A DNA stretch of 61,051 nucleotides, filler included, from Hausera hauseri (GCA_046269625.1; 12 parts of 12 records of this genome joined end to end with filler, not necessarily neighbours in it); one strand, 5' to 3'. Positions 48,291 to 61,051 are shown, counted from the first letter of the whole stretch. The notes: generated by a model not told the origin, from the sequence alone. A program made the numbers and translations.

Positions 48291-49395
48291 TTTCCTCTTT
48301 TCAGCTTCTTATTTAATACGTAAATACTGTTTTCCCTTAATCTTTTTTGTTGAATTTTATAGTTTTTTATTCCATTGCTAAGTGAGTCCTCATACGTTGT
48401 GGCAATACGTTGTAAACATAATTTACCTTTTCTTTCTTTTTATCTTTGTTCTTAGCTTCGTGTTCACTTTCCGCCGTCTCATCCTTGTCAGAAGACTCCT
48501 CTGACATTGCTGACGTGTAATCCTGTTTTTTCTCTTTCTTTTTATCTTTTGTCCTTGTAGAATCTCTTCTGCGCGATTGAAACGTTTTTGCTATATGGCC
48601 ATATTTATTAAAATTAAAGCGTTTAACCTATTCTCTGAGTCTATACTTGGCAATGAACGGCTATCTTTTGTGGGATACTTTTTTGGCTTTTTTCTATCGT
48701 TCTTTAACTTGAATCTTACCTTCTTTTCTACATCAGATTCAGCCGCTGTCGCTGATGTTTGCGAGGGGCATCTAATTATGTCGTACCTCTGATATTTTTG
48801 TGTACTGTTATTTCCTCTTTTATAATTGTTTATATTATCTTTTGACTTTGTCCACTCATATAATTCGGCATCACGTTCGGCCTTTCGGCCTTCTTGATTG
48901 CTTCTTGAAACGTGGAAGGATCTGCATGTAATATAATACTTCTTAACTTTCCTTCTAATTTATATTGGAATTGAGCCAACAGAGCGTTATTTCTTATTAC
49001 TGCATCAGGATAAGCCCTCGCGGTTAACTTTTCCAGTGCGCATACGAAGTCCTAAACTGTCTCATCTTTTCGTTGTCTCCTTCATATAAATTCCTCTATC
49101 CTTCCTTTTCCTGAAGGATCAACTAGGAACTTTGAGGTAACTTATCTTTGACAGTCTTCCAGTCCTTCTTATCCTCGTCTGGCATCTGAAAGTAAATTGT
49201 CAATGCAGTTCCTTTCAGATGGAGGGGTAACCTCTCCATTCGCTATTGGTCATTCCATCCGAAACTCTTGGAATATACCTCGTATTCCATGAGGAAATCT
49301 TGCACGTCCTCTTTTTCTGAAAACTTCTTCATGGGAAGGGTAAAGTCTGCTTTTGACTGGATTACTTGTTCTACATTATGTTCATTTCGGGCCAT
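48291..49395 (-). pseudogene. gag: Gag capsid domain and Lys-rich extension, degenerate
   Basis: ATG at 49395; KFSEKEDVQDFLMEYE...GWND...LPLHLKGTAL...WKTVKDKL, RQRKDETV*DF..ALEKLTARAYP. Confidence 0.8.
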
Positions 49396-49542
49396 TCCGT
49401 TTTCCTCTTCTTCACTTAAGTTAGCTATAAACTCTAATCCAAATGGTAAATTATCGTCCGAACCTACTTTATGCGGTGTCTTTTTTCTAGTCGTAATCTT
49501 AAAGCTTTATTTGTATATTATCTAAAGCTTTCTTGATTCTTT

Positions 49543-49559
49543 CCCGGGTCACGGCACCA
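49543..49559 (-). promoter_or_regulatory. tRNA-His primer-binding site
   Basis: TGGTGCCGTGACCCGG is complementary to the eukaryotic tRNA-His 3' end (...GUCACGGCACCA). Confidence 0.85.
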
Positions 49560-50288
49560 GTTATTAAATCCCCACTAATTTCACCAGGGAGAGGCTTCCA
49601 AAAATTTGTGAATTAATAAGTGAACAAGGTTCGTATCAGCTGACGTATTCTTACCTAACCCTATCCTATTTCTGTATGTAGGGGTCAAGTAGGCTGTGGG
49701 CCGGTACAAATTAAATTACTTACTACGGTTTTAATAGACTTTGATTACTTAGGTATTTAGACGGGCTGCCGTCAGGTAGGGTAGACCTGAACGGCGATGT
49801 TTCAAAAGATTATTTAGACTTAGTAAGTTACTTAATTACTTAAGGTCAACAATGAACAATAATAGTATACCAAATATAATATTGCAACAAAAGAAAAATG
49901 ATACATAAACACTTACGGATGTATAAAGATAACAGCTAGATGATAATCAAAAATTTGTTCTAATTTTCGCTAAAAATTATCAAGTATTTATACTTGATTT
50001 GTCATCTGTTTTTATACAAAGTTTTGTTCCAGATAAATGAAATATTAAACAAAAACCAATATTAAAAGCGACGCCAATATCATTAATTCAGTGCTCAGTA
50101 AAAATATCTGCTAAAAAGGTTATAAAACATATAATCGTCAACGAAAATCATGACACAAGAAAACACAAATCATGACGCAATAATTAATATTTAGTTAATG
50201 AGCTAATGAAATAAGTTTAGCAAGAAAATGATTTTATTGTATAAATGTTCACATTATTCGTCAATTTCGATGAGGGGTCAGAGTAAAT
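49559..50288 (-). repeat. Putative LTR (~730 bp) with errantivirus-style termini
   Basis: Non-coding tract ending ...TAACT with the T shared with the PBS. The inferred start ATTTAC (AGTTA-like) follows TTTGGGGCA. Only one copy is visible, so the far boundary is tentative. Confidence 0.55.
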
Positions 50289-50298
50289 TGCCCCAAAT

Positions 50299-51543
50299 TT
50301 ACTGAGGAAAAGGCTGAAAGAGTGTCTTGCCAGAAGAGGTTTTGTATCCTATCCCATCCGGTATATAGGTTTCGCCATCTAACGTAATTGCTTCATCGAT
50401 TTCGATCTGTCTTTTTCGTAACGATGTAAGAGATGATCTTTTAAGGAGTTTGTCGGCAGGAGTGTTCTCGTTTATTATTTCGTCCTTCCATTGTAAACTG
50501 TTATAGATCACTTGATAACATTGTACTAATGCTGTACTACGCAACGGCATGGCACGCATTTCTTAAAATCGCTTGGCAAGTTCTTTATAGGTAGACGAAG
50601 TTAATTTATATTTTTGGATCACGTTTTCGTGATAAAGAAGATCACGAATTCCTAAGATTCGCCTAAGTGGGACTTTGAGATGTTTGGTTAGCATCTCATA
50701 AAGTGTAGCTCCCACTATTAACTTATCGTTTAATATTTCGGCTATTTTTTGATAAAATATATTTGCATCCATCTGACCGATAGTGTTGGTTTCGAATAGA
50801 CCTGTTATATGTGAATCGTAATTATTGATACGTTGTCTTGGTGTAATAATGGCATAAAATAAAGAATCACCTCGGAGGTTGATGACTGAGCACTCAATGG
50901 GTGTAAATTGATTAAATTTATCATAGGCTAAGTTGACTGCATCAACGACAATTTCGTTGGCATTTATAGACGGTATTCGGCGGTATGGGATGGTGGCATA
51001 TTTGAGATAATCGGGCTCCGCCAGATTAAACGTTCTTCCATGGACCGATGTGGTCCAAAAAGATTCTGCTTTGATAACTTCTATTGCCAGCATAATTCTG
51101 TTAGTTAAGGATCTGATCTTGGTTAAGTTATTTTTCATGAATTTGAATTCCAGTGATATTGCGTTATTTGGATCCAAATTGATCAAGTCACCTTGTTGTT
51201 GTATTTTCTTTTCTTTTGTTTTGAATTGGAACTTTCCAATTATATCGTAAACATTTAAACTATGGTATTTATCTGGTAATGTAATTATGTCCGATATCAA
51301 GAACGAAGTGGCCTGTGTCATTTGTATCAATGCGAGAGATCGGTTGCTTTGAGAGTAGCCCTTGAGGTTGTTCGGAATTTGTTGGACCAGTGCATAGTTA
51401 AGGCTGTATGTATTCTCGTTTAATATCACATAACACGGATTGGTGGCATTTGCATTCATTAGATGATTTTTTGCATTTACAAACCAGTTCTTGCTTCTTT
51501 GGAGAGTTTGAATTGACATGATGTCTATAAAAGAGAAAGTCAA
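50299..51543 (-). pseudogene. ORF with a C-terminal DEDDh (REX4/ISG20-like) exonuclease-fold domain, catalytic residues degenerate; one in-frame stop
   Basis: IVVDAV...CSVINLRGDSLFYAIITPRQRINNYDSHITGL...KIAEILNDKLIVGATL...IRD follows the REX4-family pattern. Confidence 0.65.
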
Positions 51544-51705
51544 TAGAATATCGATATCACTTAATCATATCATAACAGTTATCAACGTATCTGCGGTAAC
51601 CGGTATGCTTTTGTTTATATTTAGCCAAAATTGTAGGGTAACTATGACATATTTAGTTATCATTAATTTCCGGATTACTTGTATCGTAATCCGGTTACAC
51701 CATCG

Positions 51706-52215
51706 TCATCTTGGAGTTGATACCTCCAAGTTATTCTGCATCCGTCGCAAGTCAATCCTTATCCATTGGTGCCTGCGACAGTTTTGTATATATTGAATTA
51801 CTCTTATTAATATTACCACTATGATGACTACTGCGAGGGGAACTGTTACACTGATAATTATTAATTCTATTCGTGAATGAGTATAAGTGGCGCGCCTCGG
51901 TTTCACGGTGGTTTTGTATGAATATCTTGTCCCTTTGTACAATAGTTTTATTATCGCGTTACTTTTGGTTTGTGTTGTTAAGATTTTGGTGGACATGATT
52001 TGGTTATTACTGCCGATTAACTGCAGAATAACTGTATATGTCATGTTTGGAATAAGGGCCGCGCAGGGTGCTATCAAATCGTCTGGGGTTATTATACCTT
52101 TGGCTACTACTTTATTTCGTATTTTGCACGTAAATCTTATCATTGAAAAATCCAGGTCCAGCATTACAGAAATTATTAAAGAAGTCGGGGTTGTGATAAT
52201 TGTAACATTAGAATG
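51706..52215 (-). CDS. C-terminal part of an FN3-like single-pass membrane protein (5' truncated)
   Basis: ALIPNMTYTVILQL FN3 motif, then TM LIIISVTVPLAVVIIVVILI and a basic tail. Confidence 0.55.
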   Translation of the reverse strand, partial: HSNVTIITTPTSLIISVMLDLDFSMIRFTCKIRNKVVAKGIITPDDLIAPCAALIPNMTYTVILQLIGSNNQIMSTKILTTQTKSNAIIKLLYKGTRYSYKTTVKPRRATYTHSRIELIIISVTVPLAVVIIVVILIRVIQYIQNCRRHQWIRIDLRRMQNNLEVSTPR

Positions 52216-52728
52216 TTAACTACAGCCAGCAAGTAGGGGGTCCTATCACGTGACACAGAAGAAAATGACCCAGATTCATTGTGTTGAAACCCTGTCAAAA
52301 GATTCCTGTTGTAATTACATTTGCCTTTTAGTATCACACGAAATACTTTTGAAAAGTGTTGGTTTTCAGAATACAAGAGAGTACCTTGTAATATATTGTC
52401 TGTGCATGTATGTATAATGATCTACTTGGTCTGTGAATAATCATTACAACGCTCCAGATATTCTGTCTTTATGGAAAAATCCGTGCGCAGTAATGTTAAT
52501 TTCTCAACTAACGAAACTATCCTAAACAAACATAGATTGCTACAAGGTGTTAGAGTCGCTTCTGTGGTTTGCAATGACTAATAAAACCGGTTCTGTTTAC
52601 TTAGGCAGCGCCATGTCCGCTTTCCTTCACTGCGTGCCACTGCACATACATGTATGTAAGTATATGTATTTGTGTGTGTTTATTTCCTCGTTTTGGTAAT
52701 AGATAGAGGGAAAATATGGGTGGATTAC

Positions 52729-52799
52729 TGGATGGATGGATGGATGTGTGGATGGATGGATGGATGGATGGATGTGTGGATGGATGGATGGATGGATGT
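52729..52799. repeat. (GGAT)n microsatellite
   Basis: Direct inspection. Confidence 0.95.
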
Positions 52800-53633
52800 G
52801 ACAGTCACCACCACATATAGTATAATATGTCAACTTAATATTCTTTAATCAGCTACACCTTTCATAACCCAGTCGTGCACATATCATGCAACGCTCTAGT
52901 AATCCCTCCACCATCAATGAGATGGGAACACCATCATGTAACAATTATTCAACAATTTATTAATGTACTATGTACAATCAATCATAGTAGGTAATAAACA
53001 TATCAATACATTTCAAATGAGCTTCAAAATATGTTCAATACTTCATAGTACTTCAAGTTCAACACTCCAAATGGTTCAGTAGATGAACTCTTCACTTTGA
53101 AATCTCAGAATTAAATTTCTCTTCTCACTTTCTTTATTCTCCTTCTTCTTATCTGTCTACTTCTTCATCAACNNNNNNNNNNNNNNNNNNNNNNNNNNNN
53201 NNNNNNNNNNNNNNNNTTAATTAATTAANNNNNNNNNNNNNNNNNNNNNNNNNNNNNNNNNNNNNNNNNNNNGCTAGATCTCCACCACATTCTTGCCATG
53301 TTACTTGACAATTAACCCCCATTAGATCTGTTTAGTTTTAACTGTTAGCTCTGCCTTCTCTATACATAAAGATGTGTTAGGGTAAGTTTTTGGATTTTCA
53401 TTTCGGTTCTGTTGCCAAGCAATTCACGACACTCACTACTCAGATATATCACTACTTTAGTGAAGGCTATTTCTCTTTGCCTACATTTACTTATTCGATA
53501 CCTCTTCTTGTCTTGTCTTCGATCCACAGTCAGCGTGCGTCAGGTCTAGTTGGTTTTGATGCCAATATGTGGGACTGTTGTTTTAATAAGCTGCTGTGGG
53601 TTGCCATATATGACACTGTCTATGTTTGATTTG

Positions 53634-54450
53634 TCAGGTAAGAGTCCATGTAAGCTCCTGGAGTTTGTAGCAAGATAGCAGGTGGTGATTGAGTGTCTCA
53701 TTCTGGTGTCTACAAATTCTGCATCGTGCTGAAGTTTGTATGTCTAGTCTGTTTCTGTGAGCATGAAGTATAGAATGGCCAGTTCTCAACCTGAAGATCT
53801 GTGTTTGGTACTTTCGTTCAATCTTATGGATAGCATCACTATTGTTGGGGGCTGTACGGTGTCTTAAAAGCTTCCTTCCGGCATTAGCCTGTGCCCACGT
53901 ATTCATCCAGTCTTCTCTACAATTATTATTGATTATGTGTTTTTCCTGTTGCCAAAATTAATGGATGCTCTGTCTGCTGCATGTGTGTTCCACTCTTTAC
54001 CAGTCTATAGGCTTTGAAAGTGATCTTTGTGTGGTGTGGTATCCCTGCATGTATACATCCACACCATACAGTCTTATAATTGTGTGGCATATTCATTGTA
54101 CCTTATGGGTGGTGTCAACTGAATTTATTCTCCAATTTTCTATTGCTGTTAAGTTGCCTGTAAATCTGAGAAGACCGCAGTATCAATTGGTTCCATTCCA
54201 CTGGATTTAAATTGCTAAAAGATTTTTGTCAGAGCTTTATGTGTGGCGATCACTTCTGCTTCATAATGTCCAACCTGTTTCTCTACTCCTTGTACACCCC
54301 GCATGGGATTGAGGATAGCTACCCAGACGAAATCATAACCTCCACTTTATTTATTCGCTACCTTTTCCTACTTCTTATAATGCATACATCCTGTGTAGAA
54401 TGTCCTTCTTCTTCTTTGTCCCGTAGCATTATGAATGCCGTAGGGAAATA
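53634..54450 (-). mobile_element. Non-LTR retrotransposon 3' remnant (RNase H-like and CCHC knuckle; I/Nimb/Ingi-like)
   Basis: YEAEVIATHKAL; IFRLRTGH...CRICRHQNETLNHHLLSC. Confidence 0.7.
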
Positions 54451-54559
54451 AAGTGTTAGTGCCTTCATTGTTCTAGGTTTCGGCTTTGTGAGTAGGGACG
54501 CCACCACCACTGTCAGACCAGTAAATGTTTAGTATCCTTCTTAAACAGGTATATAGAAA

Positions 54560-55200
54560 GGTCTGCAGTTTCTTTGTGATCGTTGATTTCATTTTCCAAG
54601 TTTCTGCTCCATACAACTGGATTGCTTTCATGTTGCTGTTGAATGTACGTATTTTAGTTGCTGTTGAATTTACGTATTTTAGTTTGAATTGTTAATTGCT
54701 TTTCCAATTCTTGATTTGACCTCTTCTTCTGTGCCGCTAAAGGCTGTCAGTTATGCTACCCAGATAAGTAAATGATTTTACATCTTCGAATATTCTGCCT
54801 TCCAGCGTAATTTAGGTATAGGTATTTGTAGCTGTGTTTAATGTAAGAACCTTAGTCTTTTCTCTGTGTGTGTTTAGACCAATTTGAGATAATTTGTTTC
54901 CTATTTGATCTGTTTTTTTTTTCTTGCATCTGTTGGTGAGTATGAGACAGTAGTGTCAGGTCGTCTGCAAAGTCCAGGTATTAAAGCTGTGTCCACTGCG
55001 TCAAAGAGAGTCCACTGTATTCCTAGTTTGTTTTGTTCAATAGCTGTTTTCATTATCCAGTCAGTTGCCAGCAGAAGCGGAGACATCAGGCATCCTTGTG
55101 TAACTCCAGTATTCACTTCAAAAGACTCTGTAAGTTGGCCTTCTCGTATCACTTTGCAGCTCATACCATCATATGCATTTTTTATGATAGCGACTATTTT
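54560..55200 (-). mobile_element. RTE-clade LINE RT remnant
   Basis: EGQLTESFEVNTGVTQGCLMSPLL, GIQWTL, DFADDL, FTYLGS. Confidence 0.8.
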
Positions 55201-56759
55201 ACTTGCTAGTCTTCGTTTAATTTTGGCTGTATAGTCAACACTGCATTTGATAAGTATCTAGACATTTAGATTGACTAACATTGTTTAAGTTCTTCGTTGT
55301 CAGTGTATGCGTACTTGTGCTATTTCACGATCTTAAAATTATCGAGACTCTATAACCGGTTTAAAATAAATCATTCTGTGGTATTGGTGGAAAGACTCAG
55401 TCATATTCTGCAAAAAGTATTTCAACGATTTCATATCAAAGCACTTAATGTTTCTATGACGCTTTCTATTTTGTGTAAGATTTCTCCCTTATTCCTGAAC
55501 TGCGTTTGATATGTAATTAAGGTCTTTCTTGGAAATGATAACGGTATATCATCTGTAACCATCAAGCGATACTTTGATTAAATATCAATTTGCCGCAGGA
55601 AGTAATTCTTATTTCTAAACATTTAGAATAATATCGCAGTGGAAATATAAACAATAGCGTTACTTTGTGCCTTGTTGGTCTTAATATATATATATATTGT
55701 TTTTCTTTTCAGAAATGTAGATTTTCTTTAATTTCATTGTTTATGACATTTAACCTACACGCCGTAACTCTCTCAGTTCATAGCAACATTGTCAAGGCAT
55801 TTAGGGACGTAAATTATATAACTGTATAAACAATAATTCTAGAGTCAGAGAGGTAATTAGTAAACAGTGTCAGTGACTTATGTACGTCATAATCATTTTC
55901 TCGAAAGTACCAATGTTTCAAAGTTTTTTGTTTGTTTTATTTTTTCTTTGTGATAAAGTTAGTGTCTGCTCAGTTATTGCAGTGATTAGAAACCACCGCA
56001 TGATGTGTCATTAAAGAATGAAATGTTATATACATGCCAAATGTCACAGGCTATAACCAAAATATACTCACCAGTAAATGTCACAAGGGCCACCAACAGA
56101 AAACAGCAAATCAGAATGATCGCCTTCATTTTATCGTAGGCTGCACAAAAATATCAATATGTAATTTTATAGAAACAATAGATAAGTATATTTTATATAA
56201 TTGGAGTAATGGAAGTAAAACATTAGAGTTAATCGAGTAATATCAATAACGGATACTACAAATTATCCTTTCGGCATTTGTTTTCCTGTTGAGGAATTTT
56301 AGGAAAGCGCTTGCTTTCAAACTGATACCAATTTTTTGTGTTCAAATCCTCTGTATGATATCATTCCTTATTTTCAATGAGTGACTGCGTTAAAGTTTTA
56401 TTTTAATAAAGTCTTGCAATTTTACTATTTTGCTTTTAACTTGTCCAAATTATAACATGAATAACCAGAACAAGTAAACGAATGGGAAAATGCCATTCAA
56501 TTTTTAAAAAAAAAAGAAAAAAAAAACTAATAACAGAAAAGAATATGATTTTATGAAACATCCAACGAAACCATTACTTTAAAACCGAAAGTTTTATAAT
56601 GTCTCTGTCGAAAGACATAAAAAATCAGTTTCATGTGATTATATGATATGATTTGTTACTGAACTGGTATAACTAATTTACAGTTGTGTGTGTTGTTCTG
56701 CTCTGATTGTCGGAATTTTTATGTTTCAAAAACTTAGTTCCGACTTATTCTTAAACTGT

Positions 56760-57800
56760 TTATTCGCTAGTTGACAACCAGTCAGGGTTTATACCCAAAC
56801 ACTCTTGTCATTCCGCACTAACAAAATGGCAAAGAACTAATATAAATAATCACAATTTTTGTTGGACAGCATTTATTGATTTTAAAAACGCCTTTGATAT
56901 GGTTGATCATTCCATCCTTGTTATAAAATTATAATTAATGAAACCTAACATCAGTTTGTTTAAATTATTTCAACCATTCTTGCCAGAAATAATAGAAATA
57001 GTGTCCTATGACAATGCACTGTCACAACAAAATAAAATCGAAGCTGGTGTTTCTCTTGGATCTATTCTTAGTCCGCTACGTTTTGCAGTATATATTACTG
57101 ATATTCCTTTGCAGCTCAAACAATCATTCGTGTGATCTTTTTGCTGATGATTGTATCATAAACCGCGGTGATACAAACTACAATACAATTCAAATCACCT
57201 TACAAAGTTAAATAACTACCTTAGCCTCCCTGAACAATGGCAATAAGATGTTAATTAACATAAAAAAGACGAAAACCATGGTATTAGTCACAAACCAAAA
57301 GCTAAGTAATTTAAATGTTACACGACTTAAGTTATGTATTGGTATTGAATTAATAGAAAATGTGAGTTCAAATTATTATTTGTTATAACTGACCAGGATT
57401 TAACATGGATGTCTCATGTAAAAGATGTGATTAAGTTATCTGCCCAAGAAAGTTGGCCAAGATCAAACACTTTTTGAATGAGGACACTAGAAAACTCTTA
57501 TACACTTCTCACATACAATCACATATAGACTGCTGCTCTGCTGCCTGGGATAGATACTGTGTATCTAACACTAAAAAATTGTTTTCACTCCAGAAGTGTG
57601 CTGTCCAATTGAGCTGTGATCTCCCTGAACGTAGCATGGATGCATTTTTTTATCTGAAACTACTGCTACTTAGGAAAAGACTCCTCTTCAATGAAGCTAA
57701 ATTAGATGATAAGAATACATTATGTAATTTACAACCGCATCTCTGCTATTTGCTAGAATCAATAGGCAGGCGTTCAACGTTTAAACATTACACTTTTCCA
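56760..57800 (+). mobile_element. CR1/L2-like LINE RT remnant
   Basis: QSGF..KHSC, FIDFKNAFDMVDH, GVSLGSILSPL, LFADD, LYTSHIQSHIDCCSAAW. Confidence 0.8.
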
Positions 57801-57859
57801 CGTTCGACTTGTCATGTTTAAGCGTAGTTTCACATTATCTTTGGAAGAGCCTTCCAGTA

Positions 57860-58270
57860 AACATAAAACCTAGGACATTGAAGATCACAAAGAAACTGCA
57901 GTCCTTCATAAATACCTGTTTAAGAAGAATATTAAAGATTTACTGGCCTGACACTATCAGCAACCCTGAACTCTGGAGGAAAATAAATGAACACCCAATT
58001 AACGAAGATATTGCAAGAAGACGCTGGAGATGGATAGCACATACACTGCGAAAACACGCTACAAATTGTACTAGACAGGTACTAACCTGGAATTCCCAGG
58101 GAAGCAGGAATATACGAAGATCACGAAAAACATGGGACGGAAACTTAGAGGCAGATACAAAAAAGTGACTACACTCGGAGCAAGATAGAATGAAAGGGCC
58201 AGAACAAAAAAGGTTGGGGACCTCTTGTTGACGACGTATGCTCCATAAGGGGGTCGCAGGGATAAGTAAA
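57860..58270 (+). mobile_element. RTE-clade LINE 3' end
   Basis: KLQSFINTCLRRILKIYWPDTISNPELW...RRRWRWIAHTLRK. Confidence 0.85.
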
Positions 58271-60509
58271 ACATAAAAACAAACTGCAGACAATATTCTT
58301 TCAATTCAAGATTATTCTAATTCCTCACAAATACTATTTCTTTGTCGCCTTAACTGTGTCTTGGTTTATTCCTTATTTTGTATTTGGATTGTCGCCCTTC
58401 AAATTGATGCATATTTTACATGCCAATGATACCGGTAAAATAAATTGATTTTATGATAAGGTGTATAATCATGACATGAATTCTTTATGTTGCCAGTATT
58501 CATGATTGTGTTCATTGTGTGACATAGGAAGGGCAGAAGGTAAAAGGGCATGCGTGCCCAATTGACAACTCTTTGAAAATAAAGGTTGTTTGTTTAGTGG
58601 AAGGTAAGATACCGTGGTGGGAGATGAGACGTCTTGTAGGATGTGATATTCCTTCACTGGGAAAGATCGACAAGATTAGATAATGAAAAATGGCAAGACA
58701 GAAAAGTACAGAAATAATTTCAGTGCTGGTTCCAGAGCAGGTAATATGAGACACCATTCCTGCTGGAGACATGTGGGACTCTCTGTATTCCCCTGTGAAG
58801 TTTAGCACGTAGTTAGTTTAGCACGTTGATAGTTGTAAATCGAAAAGAAATTATTCTGCAAAATAAGTGCGAAGTTAAAATTTCCTGCGATAAAACTGGG
58901 CAAAACAATCTCCATGTTTTCTCTATCAAAATGATATCAGTAAATTGTAAACAATAATGTTCATATGTTTCTGTTGACTGCACATTTCAGCTCGGAGATC
59001 CATTCAATATTTAAAAATCAAAATTTCCTCAAAGTTTGCATTCAGCGGAATTACAAGTAATAATTCGAATAATTATTTGTATCTGACCATTATTCACGGC
59101 AGCTAATTAACGTAACAAGACAAATTAATATATAACAAAAATAGGAACTTACTTCAGCGTAACCAGACTATGCGATATCAGATAGAGAGAGATAGCTAGG
59201 CTGTCCTCGTTATGACTTCGTAAGTAAGTTCTCCTTATATAGTGTCTAATGCAAATTGGGGAACATTAAAAAAATTGTTTCTTTATGCTGGAAACGCCTT
59301 TTAATTACTGTTTTAAACAAACGTTTATGATGGTGACGTTAGCGCTACTTTTGTTATGTCATGTGTATTGTATTTTTTAACACAATTTAATTTCGGTTAA
59401 CAAAAGTCATTGTTTTGTAGCCTACATAAAAATGACACGTCGTGGAAACAAACAATGAAAGTCACGATACTTTCTACAGGGCACATTAAACTCAAATGAA
59501 ATTTTGTCATCATAACTTTCACAAACCTAAATGTACTCAGAAAGTAAACACCTTCTTATTCGTCTCTCTTTCAGTTCCAACGTTTTCTTAAAGCTTCAAC
59601 AAATAACAATAAAATAATAGCTAATAATAAATAAAAAACCCATGGGTTTTCTTATGGACCCTGGACACAATAGGCACACATTCACCTAAATGATGGGTCA
59701 GCATCCCCTTTTTCCCTTTTTTCCTCACAAAAACGTATGATGCTACAGAAACCACTGTTGTAGATATCCAGATTTCGGATTTGATCATGGGGAAAGAAAA
59801 GATAACAACAAAGGACAACAATCAATTGATCCTTCTTCAACCCTGGACTCTCTTAGAGATTGGAATTTGGAAAGTGGGACAGCTACCTGAAATCAGCAAA
59901 AGCGCCGAAAGTGCCCTGGGAATGGATATCCAGCAACTGCATTTTCCAAGACATTGGTGTCAGATGTAAAGCGTCGATCAGAGCAAACTGTCAATATATC
60001 AACAAAGGGAACACATATAAGCTCGTGGTGGCAAGAAACCTACACGTCTATTAGATTGGGAGGCAATAAATAATATAACTAAGAAAAATGGGAAAAAATT
60101 ATGAATACTACAATTATACAGTGATATGCCAAAATTAGCAACGCAGACGACCAAACAAAATAAAATTTATCCGGCAAGGTGTCAAAACGAGACACAACAA
60201 TAGCAACGATAGACATAAAGGCTACAATGGGAAGTGGAAGCACAGGAAGAGAAAATACAATGGGGAAGGAAGGACTGGTTATCTGAAAGCTACCCAGCAA
60301 ATAGTCATTCCAACCACTACACAGGCCAGTGATGCAGATGGACAAATTAGAAATTTTAGAACATTACAAACATATTGATAAAAAGTGCTGAATAAACACA
60401 CAAATTAAAAATATAACATAAAGGTTTTACTATTAAATCTTTTTAGCTCCATTTCAGCAGCTGTCAGCTTAAGTTTTCAGGAACAAGCATTCACACTAGT
60501 ATTTTGCAG

Positions 60510-61051
60510 GAAAATGCAAATACTTACAAAGTAGAAACGCAGGATGTCCGAATCGAGGACTATCTGAAAAATAGAGACGATTACTTCTATTACAAGGGGC
60601 AAGTCGGAATAACGGAGTTATATCACAAAATGATAATGAATGACTGCAAATTAGACACCGAGATCATGAGGAATAAATTGGCCCTTATATACGCCGACCC
60701 AGAATTGGCTTCCCCAACAATTTCTATGAGGGAAGGAATTTTCGGTTGGGTCACGGGCAACGTACTGCCTACCTATGAATGCGAAAAGAGAGATTTACCC
60801 ATCAACGTAGAAGAAAAACGTTGCATTCAGGAACTTCCTGTCCTCTATCAGAATATTTCAAGATTAGCTACACCGTTGACAAGAGTGTTATTGGATAACG
60901 CTACCCAACCAACTATCGTTAAAGATTGTAATGCGAGCTTAGGAGAACTCATGTTTAGACTTAGCGAGACAGACTGGGTTAGTTTGCCAAATGGATGTAT
61001 TGTTGCAGCTCCAAATAAATTAACAGGAACAAATCTCGCCAAAGGAATTAC
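60510..61051 (+). pseudogene. env: Chuvirus-like glycoprotein, internal fragment (third copy), open to the window end
   Basis: ETQDVRIEDYLKNRDDYFYYKGQVGI...TYECEKRDLPINVEEKRCIQELPV...PLTRVLLDNATQ; collinear with the reverse complement of ~12420-12950. Confidence 0.85.

Noticed and set aside
51700-51712. Readthrough from the FN3-TM ORF into the exonuclease ORF (same frame, UGA-C)
   Set aside because: A second in-frame stop lies in between and the exonuclease ORF has its own ATG; not supported from one copy.
5243-53272. Recurrent TTAATTAATTAA palindrome as a biological repeat
   Set aside because: Always centred in a fixed 100-nt N block, so it is an assembly linker. ORFs ending in X-runs are artefacts of it.
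58300-60490. Short ORFs in the distal part of C12
   Set aside because: No recognisable motifs; consistent with intergenic or decayed repeat DNA.
1-61051. Giant virus or prokaryotic genome
   Set aside because: No NCLDV core genes, operons, rRNA or tRNA genes seen; a spliceosomal intron, LINEs and metazoan gene fragments indicate animal nuclear DNA.

Overview
This is not one locus. It is 12 short contigs (C1 1-5242, C2 5343-10459, C3 10560-15121, C4 15222-19190, C5 19291-23619, C6 23720-27869, C7 27970-34307, C8 34408-39391, C9 39492-44032, C10 44133-48190, C11 48291-53172, C12 53273-61051) joined by artificial 100-nt N44-TTAATTAATTAA-N44 linkers. The content is AT-rich animal (probably invertebrate) DNA dominated by mobile elements: Ty3/gypsy LTR retrotransposons, an intact Tc3-like transposon, Polinton-type DNA polymerase remnants, Chapaev, DD37E, mariner and LINE remnants, and a 56-bp satellite. 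It also holds co-oriented strings of intronless host-gene fragments (SLC37A, FERM, NAA15, PLC, HFM1, PLOD, SNRNP200, AP2A). The most notable signal is a large Ty3/gypsy family that can be tiled across C11, C9, C3 and C2. Its inferred order is LTR, PBS(His), Gag, zinc knuckle, long helical region, ubiquitin-like domain, AT-hook, chuvirus-like (class III) glycoprotein, UGA-CUA, protease, RT, RNase H, integrase, signal peptide plus FN3-like membrane protein, DEDDh-like exonuclease, LTR. The fusogen therefore lies between gag and pol, in frame with both, and a second surface protein occupies the usual env slot. All family assignments are from motif recognition by eye; no database search was run.
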